Positions 31,401 through 39,171 of a stretch of DNA of 64,000 bases are shown in pieces. A program made the translations under genes and the position numbers. Below the pieces are notes generated by a model that saw only the letters and a list, made by a program, of their open reading frames with translations, was not told where the DNA came from and searched no databases. The stretch is from a bacterium (GTDB lineage: Bacteria; Electryoneota; Electryoneia; Electryoneales; Electryoneaceae): positions 1,920,001 to 1,984,000 of the forward strand of contig OY769902.1 in assembly GCA_963669175.1 (NCBI GenBank), given 5' to 3'. Position 1 is the stretch's first letter. Each line of letters starts with the position of its first letter.

Positions 31401-31915
31401 GGAACCACGAATTGCTTTCAAATCCATCCGGTGAACTGGATGAATTCTCAAACTTCATGGTCATTCGTGACGGGCATGTTATCGCGGAACCCCTGTCTTC
31501 CGCCTATCACGATACCCTGCCTGAGTTTGGTGAGTATCTCTACTCACTGCGTTCGGTGTATGATGAAGCAAACTCAACCGTTACCGGCCCCATCCAGGTT
31601 GATTGGTATGATACCCGCAGCGATGAGCCGGATACTCGTGAACTCCCGGAATCCTACGCGCTGGAAGCGGTCTGGCCGAATCCGTTCAATTCAAGCCTGA
31701 CTGTACGATTAGCTTTACCGGATGCGGATGCTGTAACCATTCACCTGTATGATATTCTTGGCAGAGAGGCGCTACAGCAAAACCTTGGAACACTCCATGC
31801 CGGGCATCCGCAATTCAGTTTCACGGCGGATCACCTCCCAAGCGGTGTCTATTTCCTGAAAGTGCAGAGTCAACACGGGATCAATGCTACACGGAAGGTT
31901 GTGCTTCTCAAGTAG
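28415..31915 (+). CDS. Large secreted multidomain protein (CarboxypepD-reg, MAM/immune-inhibitor-like jelly roll, OB-fold-like repeats) with T9SS/FlgD-type C-terminal domain
   Basis: Signal peptide; 'GGPDEYGYYYIDS', 'WEWGDP...AHSG..CWG', 'IDDF', 'WPNPFN...GVYFL...KVVLLK'. Confidence 0.8.
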   Translation: MHAANKIRIIFLLLLLVIPVYGLSSELDESGGPDEYGYYYIDSEEIGGPQYNWVDIRPTGGDSIPADLWADESYVGPIWLTFMFPFYDEEYGSVLLSSEGYLTFLNYEDPPVSQNVAIPDTSPPNAIIAWFWDNLNPVFNGVEPSVWYGETGDSAFVIQFQSFCTGDDEDNLIQAEILLYENGDIVLQYESIPDGINLTGKTIGIEDETGTAGFTVSYNNEPANYPLEELAIRFYQIPDNAILSGIITDQETGEPIEYVTITCGEMQDESDEDGHYEVGPLWSNYPLQVIAQWYGYFTHIDTVTLNPEVNTYNFSLLPWPESYQSWSTDFESNPDMFTNLHATQDWEWGDPDGGAAHSGELCWGNSLSGEYANGIADTLISMREWYIAGEDASFSYWHFYDFENNVDGYHLLISSDSLESWQLLTPNDGYSSQNVSSLANQPGFSGNLGGEWEEVVVNLNDWADEEVFLAFVMGTDGENTATGVLIDDFSISLPTGSIEGAVVINSNEPVVENIPVFLYEPVDHSPVLYDTTDVDGEFAFHGLLPESFFIHIDHSGIFQDWNDTVVVALNDTLQVEAEIDSIPLYSCTEVQQEHNVGDLVRVKGIVTLGDNIISDEYSQFYLQDMSGMGLELYSDEAPDPAAPLYQGIEIHAWGELQEDDENTVLVDYELEMLSTGNTLPAAQELTSLEASTFDSLEGCRVMVSGRLMDTPEPGGSYSIRLDDGSAQLQVHLYENANVVLVDYPRFSWLTIEGVLTHNVLDNLWLVPGCHGDITPYVYPPRNFTADLDTATGIVHLDWEHTPQPGQLYELIYDDDAYTGSYHVEDYVMSTRFSPELPCQITKLKFFTLATDDDATSFEAEIYPWIRQAPDTEPSWTSTLEANNMAWTEIDLSDQSVEFNGDFTVGFAAGEDPVSLAFDAGLDNGRSFDYDGTEWIRWHQAYLIRIEVIYEDGTLATLSPVAGEDVKVSSEPREYLALDGSIGMTRPVKTVAEAIDGNHELLSNPSGELDEFSNFMVIRDGHVIAEPLSSAYHDTLPEFGEYLYSLRSVYDEANSTVTGPIQVDWYDTRSDEPDTRELPESYALEAVWPNPFNSSLTVRLALPDADAVTIHLYDILGREALQQNLGTLHAGHPQFSFTADHLPSGVYFLKVQSQHGINATRKVVLLK

Positions 31916-32059
31916 TAGTGTCCTGTGTTACAATTTTTACCCGGGAGTAATGCGCCTTGACGCATGTTATTCCCGGGTTTTCTTGTGGTGTTTCGTCTCT
32001 GACCAGTATCGCATACTCTGATTATCTCTGAAAAGGAAAAGCTTGGATTAACTCGAGAG

Positions 32060-32106
32060 AATATTATCCGGGTAATATTGACTCACGTGAAAATACTGTC
32101 TATACT
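32060..32106 (+). promoter_or_regulatory. Sigma70 promoter with overlapping palindromic operator
   Basis: AATATTATCCGGGTAATATT (32060-79) overlaps TTGACT-N17-TATACT (32078-32106). Confidence 0.7.
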
Positions 32107-32141
32107 GGTATGAGGAAAATATACGGGATATAAACACGAGA

Positions 32142-32777
32142 TTGGAGAACAAGGTGGAGACGAACAGATATACCGCTTTTTCCGGGACAGTTCTGCTTAA
32201 ACGTGGCAAAGTTGAGGATGTGGTCCGTGAGGTAAAGCAGCAGCTTGATCAGGATCGTAATCAAAGTATTGCGATCTACGATGATGCGACCGGGTACAGG
32301 ATTGACTTTGATTTCAGGGGGACAGTTGAGGATGTGTTGAAGCGTCTCCCGGATCATCCGTTGCTGGCCGCTCAAAAACCGTCACAGGAAACCACGAAAT
32401 CACGTGGTCGTCCCAAGCTGGGAGTGGTGGCGGGAGAAGTAACCCTGTTGCCACGTCACTGGGACTGGCTGAAGGAACAGCGTGGCGGGGCGTCGGCAAC
32501 ATTGCGAAAACTGGTGGAACAAGCCCGGAAACGTAGTCAGAGTGATGCGATTGCAGTGAAAAGCCGTGATGCGTTGCATCGTTTCATGTGGGATATTGCG
32601 GGCAACCTGGATGGTTTCGAGGAAGCGACACGATCCTTCTTCGCGGGTGAATACAACCGTTTTCTTGAACAGATTCAAAACTGGCCTTCAGATATACTGG
32701 ATTATGTCAGGGAACGGGTTTCTCATATTCAGGACCTGGAAAAAATCGCTGCTGAAGTGAAGAAGGAACAGGAGTAG
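32142..32777 (+). CDS. DUF2239 family protein
   Basis: YTAF.G, DDATG..IDFD.RG, RGRPKLGVVA.EVTLLPRHWDWL..Q.GGASATLRKLV. Confidence 0.88.
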   Translation: MENKVETNRYTAFSGTVLLKRGKVEDVVREVKQQLDQDRNQSIAIYDDATGYRIDFDFRGTVEDVLKRLPDHPLLAAQKPSQETTKSRGRPKLGVVAGEVTLLPRHWDWLKEQRGGASATLRKLVEQARKRSQSDAIAVKSRDALHRFMWDIAGNLDGFEEATRSFFAGEYNRFLEQIQNWPSDILDYVRERVSHIQDLEKIAAEVKKEQE

Positions 32778-33091
32778 CAACGATCTTTCCTGATCATATA
32801 GCAGGTTGCATAAATAATGTCCCATGGAATAGAATATCTGCGAGATCCCCGTTCGAGCCGGGGATGACATGATGGGACATTATTTTAAGTAACACCATAA
32901 ATCACCTCATCGGGAACATTTCGAGTGCTGATGCATACAGCAGATAGCCCCTCGTCGGTGCAAATACCACGAGGGGAAATCTTGCAAATGAAAGTTAGGT
33001 TAATCTATCTTTGTGCTATTGTGTTGCAGTTTGCTTGACCATTCAGTCAGAACGATCACTTGGTCCTTTACCGGGCCGGAAAAGAAGTGTC

Positions 33092-34399
33092 ATGGTTGAA
33101 ACGATAAAGAACACCTTCATTGAAAGCTGGCAGGTAACCGGGCAGATGGCGCCGTACCTGTTGTTCGGTTTCCTGGTTGCGGGTGTGTTGTCGGTCTGGC
33201 TGTCACCTGCATGGCTGGAGAAACATCTTGGCGGAAAGGGGATTGGTTCGATTCTCAAGGCGTCGCTGTTTGGGGTGCCGTTGCCGTTATGTTCCTGCGG
33301 GGTGATTCCGGTTGCGGCATCGATACGCAGGCATGGCGCCAGCAGGGCATCTACGGCTTCCTTTCTGTTGTCCACACCGCAAACCGGTGTTGACAGCATT
33401 CTGATCACCTATGCCATGCTGGGGCCATTCTTCGCCATATTTCGTCCGGTAGCAGCCTTGATTACCGGCATACTGGGCGGCAGCCTGATCAGCATGTTCG
33501 GAGAAAAGGACACACAGAAGCAGGTTACAACATCCGGTCACCAGGAAGATGCAGGTTGCACGGATGGTTGTTGTACCCCTTCCCAATCGGAAAAGAAGAA
33601 GCACCCGGTTGGACGGGCGTTGAAATATGGTCTTCTCACGTTGCCTGGTGACATCGGTGGGACGTTGGCAATCGGGATTCTGATCGCTGGTTTGATCGGC
33701 GCATTGATTCCCCAGGGGCAGTTGGCATCGTTGCTCGGTAGTGGAATACTGGCTATCCTGATCATGATGGCGGCCGGTGTTCCGGTATATGTTTGCGCTA
33801 CGGCATCGGTTCCGATTGCGGCAGGATTTATTCATATGGGGGCGTCACCGGGAGCGGCATTGGCGTTTCTCATTGCCGGTCCGGCTACCAACGCGGCGGC
33901 GTTTACCACGATGTTGAAGGTGCTGGGCAAGCGTTCTGCCGTTATTTACCTGTTGGTTGTGGCAGTCGCAGCGTTTGGACTTGGGGTGCTTCTCGACTGG
34001 CTGATGCCGTTGGTGGTCAACAGTGTACCGGCCATGGATCACAGTGTTCATGACCATGAAATGGTGACCTGGTTCAATCACGTGATGGCGGCCGTTTTAC
34101 TGCTGGTCGTCGGCTTCTCGGTATGGAAGAAGAAACGTCCGAAGAAACACAACCTGGATACAAACGTGGAGATTGATATGCCTGAGAACAGGAACGAAGT
34201 AAACCTGAAAGTGACGGGGATGAATTGCAGTCATTGCTCTGCCAGCGTGCAACGTACCCTGAGTGAGGCGAAGGGTGTCAGCATGGCGGAAGTCGACCTG
34301 GCCGGGCAGACCGCGCATGTTACCGGCAACGGGTTTGATGTGGAAGCGTTGACTGAAGCGGTTAAACAGCTCGGGTATGGGGTGGAGGTGATGAAGTAG
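33092..34399 (+). CDS. SO_0444-type permease (Cu/Zn efflux) with C-terminal heavy-metal-associated domain
   Basis: GVPLPLCSCGVIP, STPQTGVDS, YVCATASVP, GPATN; C-terminal GMNCSHC. Confidence 0.88.
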   Translation: MVETIKNTFIESWQVTGQMAPYLLFGFLVAGVLSVWLSPAWLEKHLGGKGIGSILKASLFGVPLPLCSCGVIPVAASIRRHGASRASTASFLLSTPQTGVDSILITYAMLGPFFAIFRPVAALITGILGGSLISMFGEKDTQKQVTTSGHQEDAGCTDGCCTPSQSEKKKHPVGRALKYGLLTLPGDIGGTLAIGILIAGLIGALIPQGQLASLLGSGILAILIMMAAGVPVYVCATASVPIAAGFIHMGASPGAALAFLIAGPATNAAAFTTMLKVLGKRSAVIYLLVVAVAAFGLGVLLDWLMPLVVNSVPAMDHSVHDHEMVTWFNHVMAAVLLLVVGFSVWKKKRPKKHNLDTNVEIDMPENRNEVNLKVTGMNCSHCSASVQRTLSEAKGVSMAEVDLAGQTAHVTGNGFDVEALTEAVKQLGYGVEVMK

Positions 34400-34562
34400 C
34401 GCAGCAAGAAGGCTTGATCACGACTCACAGGATAGTAGGATAAATGGATATCAAGGATGAGGTACTGTTGAATTTACAGGATGGGAAGGATGATAAGGAT
34501 ATTCAGGATAACAATTGAATTTTAAAAATAACAACCACATGTCAACAATGAAAGTACGATGA

Positions 34563-34832
34563 CTAGTGGTCCATTGCACCTGATATGAGTTGTTCTGCTT
34601 GTTTTTGATGAGTCGAGTTCAAGACTGTTTCACGAAATCATAGTAGCGCTATTCTAAGTGAAACTAACGCAGAAATCGGCCATCAAAAACAAGCCCGAAG
34701 GGAGCGCGCGCTTTACCCCATGACTGCGTTGCTTTCCCTTGAAATAACCCGCTATGTCTGTGGTCAAGCGCCTTGTCCTGAGGTAAAGCGCGCAGCTCAG
34801 AAAACATCATAGCAGGTGTAATGGTCCACTAG
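34563..34832. mobile_element. 270-bp MITE-like element with ~20-bp terminal inverted repeats ending in CTAG
   Basis: CTAGTGGTCCATTGCACCTG ... CAGGTGTAATGGTCCACTAG; internal inverted GCGCGCTTTACC/GGTAAAGCGCGC. Confidence 0.65.
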
Positions 34833-35046
34833 GAGGACCAATAACAATGGAACTTTCCAACTTATCAACTTCCAAACATCACTGACACATGGCCAACCGG
34901 AACTGCAAATTGTCTTATTTTCCTTGCAAAGGCAAACATTCATGACAAAGATCAACAAACATGTCATCCCCAGCGAACCGTAGCGAAGCGAAGTTTGCTG
35001 GGTGCGAAGAACAGCCGTGAACAAAGCAGGCTGTGTCAAGATTACT

Positions 35047-35282
35047 GATGCTCTTATCCCAGCGAAGCAGACTGTCGCAGAATCACCGATGCTCTCATCC
35101 CAGCGAAGCAGGCTGTCGCAGAATCACCGATGCTCTCATCCCAGCGAAGGCTGGGATCCAGTCATGTTGCGATATTACAAGAGGTTAAGTATTCTCAAGA
35201 AGCGCGGTACATTACGAGCTGTTTGTGTGCGCAACTTGTAGTATTGTCGATACTTGCCTGGATCCCCATCTTCATGGGGATG
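35047..35282. repeat. 41-nt tandem repeat (x2.8) of a TCATCCC..GGGATCCA palindrome with inverted partner
   Basis: GATGCTCT(T/C)ATCCCAGCGAAG at 35047, 35088 and 35129; CTGGATCCCC...GGGGATGA at 35258-35282. Confidence 0.65.
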
Positions 35283-35413
35283 AAAGTGTAGCTGATTCTG
35301 AAACACCCAGCGCAGAGCCTGTCCCCGAAGGATGTTGTCGGGGACGGGGATCTACTCCTTTGGTCGCCTATCCAATCATTTAAAGAATGAAACACGAACG
35401 TATCAAAACCCAG

Positions 35414-36592
35414 CTATTTCCCAACTCCAAAATACTTTTCCATACGATCGAAGGCGAGGTTAATCATATCTTCCGGCACACAGAACGACATGCGAAGGTG
35501 ACCTTCAGCCGTGGGACCGAAATCAGCGCCAGGTGTGGTGGAGACTTTGGCTTCAGTCAGCAGTTTCTTGCAGAATGTGGCGGAATCACGTCCCTCGTCG
35601 AGCAAAATCCGGGGGAACATGAGATAGGAGCCCTTTGGCTTCTGATAGCTGAACACCGAGTCCAGACGATCCAACCGTTCGCACATCAGGTCTCGTGTAG
35701 CCTGATACTTCACCCGGTATTCTTCGATGCAGTCCTGCGGTCCTTTCAAGGCTGCAATCGCTCCATACTGGGACGCGACAGGGGCACAAATCGCAAAGCA
35801 GATATGGCCTTTCCCGATATGGGGAATCCATTTCTCGGAGGCATGAACATAGCCGATACGCCAGCCGGTCATGGCATAGTTTTTCGTGAAAGTGAAACAA
35901 CTGATGACCTGGTCATGGACCTCCGGAATGGAAGCGATGGCAAAATGTTCTGTGTCATCAAAAGTGAAATACTCATAGGCTTCATCGGTAATGATGGTAA
36001 TCCCTGTATCACGCGCTATTCTTGCCAGCGTTGTCAGTTCTTCTTTGCTGAACACGGTTCCTGTCGGATTGGAGGGCGAACAGTAAAGAATAGCTTTTGT
36101 TTTCGTGGTGATCGCCTTCTCAATGCCCTTGAGATCGAGACGATAACCCTCATTCTCGATAGTGGGCACAAAAACCGGTATACCCGAGGCCATTTTCACC
36201 TGGTTGATATGGGTGGAGTAGGTCGGCGAAGGCAGGATGACCTCGTCACCCGGATCGATAGCGGCCATGAGCGCTGCCGACAAGCCTTCAATCGCACCAA
36301 CCGTAACAATGATCTGGTCAGGATTGGCGTCAATGTTATTGTCACGTTTCAACTTCTTGACAATCTCTTCTCGTAATTCAAGAAGCCCCTTGGTTTCCGA
36401 ATAGCCGTCCCCTTTGCCCTGCAAAACGGCATCCGCTACGGCCTTGTGAATATGGTCCGGCGCTAAGGCAGTCGGTTTGGCCCATGAAAGGAAAGCGACA
36501 TCGTCGATGCCTTTTGCCAAAGCAGTCATGGCGTGGATTGCAGATGGTGGAATTCCGGTGACCCTTTTGGAAAGCTTTACTATACCTGACAC
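35414..36592 (-). CDS. Class I/II PLP aminotransferase (aspartate/aromatic type)
   Basis: SPSNPTG, DEAYE, TFTKNYAMTGWRIGY, LRMSF. Confidence 0.9.
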   Translation of the reverse strand: MSGIVKLSKRVTGIPPSAIHAMTALAKGIDDVAFLSWAKPTALAPDHIHKAVADAVLQGKGDGYSETKGLLELREEIVKKLKRDNNIDANPDQIIVTVGAIEGLSAALMAAIDPGDEVILPSPTYSTHINQVKMASGIPVFVPTIENEGYRLDLKGIEKAITTKTKAILYCSPSNPTGTVFSKEELTTLARIARDTGITIITDEAYEYFTFDDTEHFAIASIPEVHDQVISCFTFTKNYAMTGWRIGYVHASEKWIPHIGKGHICFAICAPVASQYGAIAALKGPQDCIEEYRVKYQATRDLMCERLDRLDSVFSYQKPKGSYLMFPRILLDEGRDSATFCKKLLTEAKVSTTPGADFGPTAEGHLRMSFCVPEDMINLAFDRMEKYFGVGK

Positions 36593-36898
36593 GATTTCTC
36601 CTCCCGGTAGAAGCTGGCAAATAGTGATTAGCGTATGCTAATAACCAATATAGTAAATTCAAGACGTCGGGCGGGAATGTTGCTCTGTGGGGAAGGGGAT
36701 GGAGATGGTAGTTCGGTGGAATATAGTAATCCCAACAAATATTGCATCCTGTTTTGCAGGGTGTCGCGTAGTAACCATTCGAATAGTCGTTTCCGAAAGT
36801 CCCTGCTGTTTTATTTTGATCGTAAGATTTCAATGGAGCAAGTATTTGTCATGACGAAACTTTTCCCATAGAGGGGTATTTCATGGATTTACATCATT

Positions 36899-36959
36899 GT
36901 ATATCTGCCATGTATATCTGCTATGTATATCTGCTATGTATCTGCCTTGTATATCTGCA
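36899..36959 (+). repeat. 13-nt tandem repeat GTATATCTGCnAT
   Basis: About 5 imperfect units seen directly. Confidence 0.7.
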
Positions 36960-36972
36960 ATTTGATAATTTT

Positions 36973-37175
36973 AGCAGGCTTTAGCCTGCTCTTCTTAGCA
37001 CCCGGCTTCAGCCGGGGTGAAAAGACGCCAACAATCATCCCGAGCGCGCTTTAGCGTGCTTGCCTGATACCAATCCTAATTCCGGAAAGCACCCTGAAGG
37101 GCGCTCTCCACTTCTTTATCATCACGAACACTCCGGCTGAAGCCGGGTGCTAAGAAGAGCCTGCTGAAGCAGGCT
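36973..37175. repeat. REP/REPIN-like long inverted repeat (GCTTTAGC/GCTTCAGC hairpins)
   Basis: CTCTTCTTAGCACCCGGCTTCAGCCGG pairs with CCGGCTGAAGCCGGGTGCTAAGAAGAG. Confidence 0.8.
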
Positions 37176-37202
37176 GATAACTACCAAAGTTATACTTGAA
37201 AT

Positions 37203-37291
37203 AAATGTCGCATCATGTCATCCCCGAGCTTGACCTGTCTCTGAGCTTGACCGGGGATCTCGAAGTTTTGCTTTCCTATATAACATTATTT
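37203..37291 (+). repeat. Palindromic repeat (ATGTCATCCCC...GGGGATCTCG family), copy 2
   Basis: Matches 9286-9377 except in the loop. Confidence 0.75.
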
Positions 37292-37519
37292 ATACAACCG
37301 AGTATATTAATACAACCCACTATAAAATCAGCAAAAACATTCGGGAACTCCTAAGGTACTGTCGTTGAAAAATGAAGATGATGCATTATTTCCGAGCATC
37401 ACTTAACAGGTGAGATCCCCGTCGCAGATTCATTGTTCTTGGGAAAACATGGCCAAAACAACAACCCCGCCGGGCAAGGGAATCATGGTCGACGGGGAAA
37501 GCGAAATAATCGAAAGGTA

Positions 37520-37864
37520 TTACGGCTTCACGACATGGTCCGCTTCCAGCAGGGTGCGGGTGATGTCAAACATGTTGGATTCAATGCCCACTTGCCGCTT
37601 GTTCTTCAGCTCGAAGAAGTTCAGGCATGTTCCGCAGCAAAGGATCGTGACCCCGTGCTTCTCAAAATCTTTCAGGATGTCCAACACTTCTGAACCCTCA
37701 CAGGCCAGACGTACAGCGGTATTATACAGGATTATCGTTTTGGGTTTGGCATCTTCTTCGGGCAAGACGTTGAAGAAGGATGTCATCAGTTTTTTCCCGA
37801 GGGTATCGTCACCCTGTCCCATGCAATCGGATGTAACCTGAACTACGATGTTCTGCCTGCTCAT
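37520..37864 (-). CDS. YedF-like / DsrE-family sulfur-selenium relay protein
   Basis: MGQGDD.LG.KLM..FF, LYNTAV.L, ILCCGTCLNFF, VG..SNMFDI. Confidence 0.8.
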   Translation of the reverse strand: MSRQNIVVQVTSDCMGQGDDTLGKKLMTSFFNVLPEEDAKPKTIILYNTAVRLACEGSEVLDILKDFEKHGVTILCCGTCLNFFELKNKRQVGIESNMFDITRTLLEADHVVKP

Positions 37865-37886
37865 GGGTCTCCTCGTTGTTTAGAAT

Positions 37887-39158
37887 CTATGAAAAATAAC
37901 GCTTCAACTTCTGAATGGACTGAGAAGGGCCTTCCAGAATCAGTTTCACCTTGCCTTCATCCCAGGCTTTGTCCAGAACTTTAATCTCACCGTTCATATG
38001 ATCCAGCATGGTCAAACGTGCCGGTTCAACCCTGATTTCAAGCCTCTCGATCTGGGTGTCGAGCATTTTTTCAAGGCGTTGCTTCAGGTCGTCAACACGC
38101 AGTCCTCGTGTAGCCGAAATGAACAGTGCGCCGGGATGATCCTGCTGCATCCTCGTCAATACGCCCGGACTATCCAGGCGGTCGATCTTGTTGAAGACCA
38201 GCAACTGGGGTTTGTCTTTTATCTCGAGGTCTTCCAGCACCTTCTCAGTCTGCGCCATCTGTTCATCAAGCTGCGGGTGGGAGATATCCACAACATGCAC
38301 GATCAGATCAGCCGTGATCGCTTCTTCAAGGGTTGATCTGAAGGAGGCTACGAGATGATGCGGCAGCTTGCGAATAAAGCCAACCGTATCAATGACCAGT
38401 ACAGGGTTATTCGGACTGGTTTCCACACGCCTGATCTTGGGGTCCAGAGTGGCGAACAGGCGGTCTTCGACAAAGGCGTCCTGTTTATCCGACAAAGCAT
38501 TGAGCAGGGTGGATTTGCCCACATTGGTGTAACCGACCAGGGCTACAGTCGGCACATGCTGACGTCCTTCTCGTCGGGTTTTTCGCTGACGTGCTATAAT
38601 GTCCAGCTCTTTTTTGAGCTGGGTGATACGACGCTGCACGACACGACGGTCGACTTCGAGCTGGGTCTCACCCGGTCCACGGAAGCCCACACCACCCTGC
38701 TGGCCACGCAAGTGCGACCACATTTTGGTCAGACGGGGGTAGTAGTATTGCATCTGGGCCAGTTCAACCTGAACCTTGGCCTCACGTGTGCGGGCGCGTG
38801 TTGCGAAAATATCCAGGATCAGGCCGCTACGGTCCAGCACCTTGACATTCAGCTTCTTCTCAAGGTTACGAACCTGGACCGGGGATAAATCGTCATCGAA
38901 AATGACGAGGTTGGCGTCATATTCACGGCAGAGCTTTTGAACATCGGATACTTTCCCGGCTCCGATGAAATAGGCAGAATCCGGCTTCATACGGCGTTGC
39001 ACAACACGTTCCATCACTTCAGCGCCAGCCGTGTCGCTCAACGCTTCCAGTTCGTCCAGGTGATCATCCACCGTCCATTGGGATACTCCCGCCAGGATGA
39101 CGCCTACCAGGATGGCCCGTTCCTGCATTTCAGGATTTATGACTTGTTCTGTTGCCAT
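37887..39158 (-). CDS. hflX: GTPase HflX
   Basis: LILDIFA.RART.EAK.QVELAQ, GPGETQLE.DRR, GYTNVGKST, LFATLD, DTVGFI. Confidence 0.96.
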   Translation of the reverse strand: MATEQVINPEMQERAILVGVILAGVSQWTVDDHLDELEALSDTAGAEVMERVVQRRMKPDSAYFIGAGKVSDVQKLCREYDANLVIFDDDLSPVQVRNLEKKLNVKVLDRSGLILDIFATRARTREAKVQVELAQMQYYYPRLTKMWSHLRGQQGGVGFRGPGETQLEVDRRVVQRRITQLKKELDIIARQRKTRREGRQHVPTVALVGYTNVGKSTLLNALSDKQDAFVEDRLFATLDPKIRRVETSPNNPVLVIDTVGFIRKLPHHLVASFRSTLEEAITADLIVHVVDISHPQLDEQMAQTEKVLEDLEIKDKPQLLVFNKIDRLDSPGVLTRMQQDHPGALFISATRGLRVDDLKQRLEKMLDTQIERLEIRVEPARLTMLDHMNGEIKVLDKAWDEGKVKLILEGPSQSIQKLKRYFS

Positions 39159-39171
39159 CAATGTTCCACAA

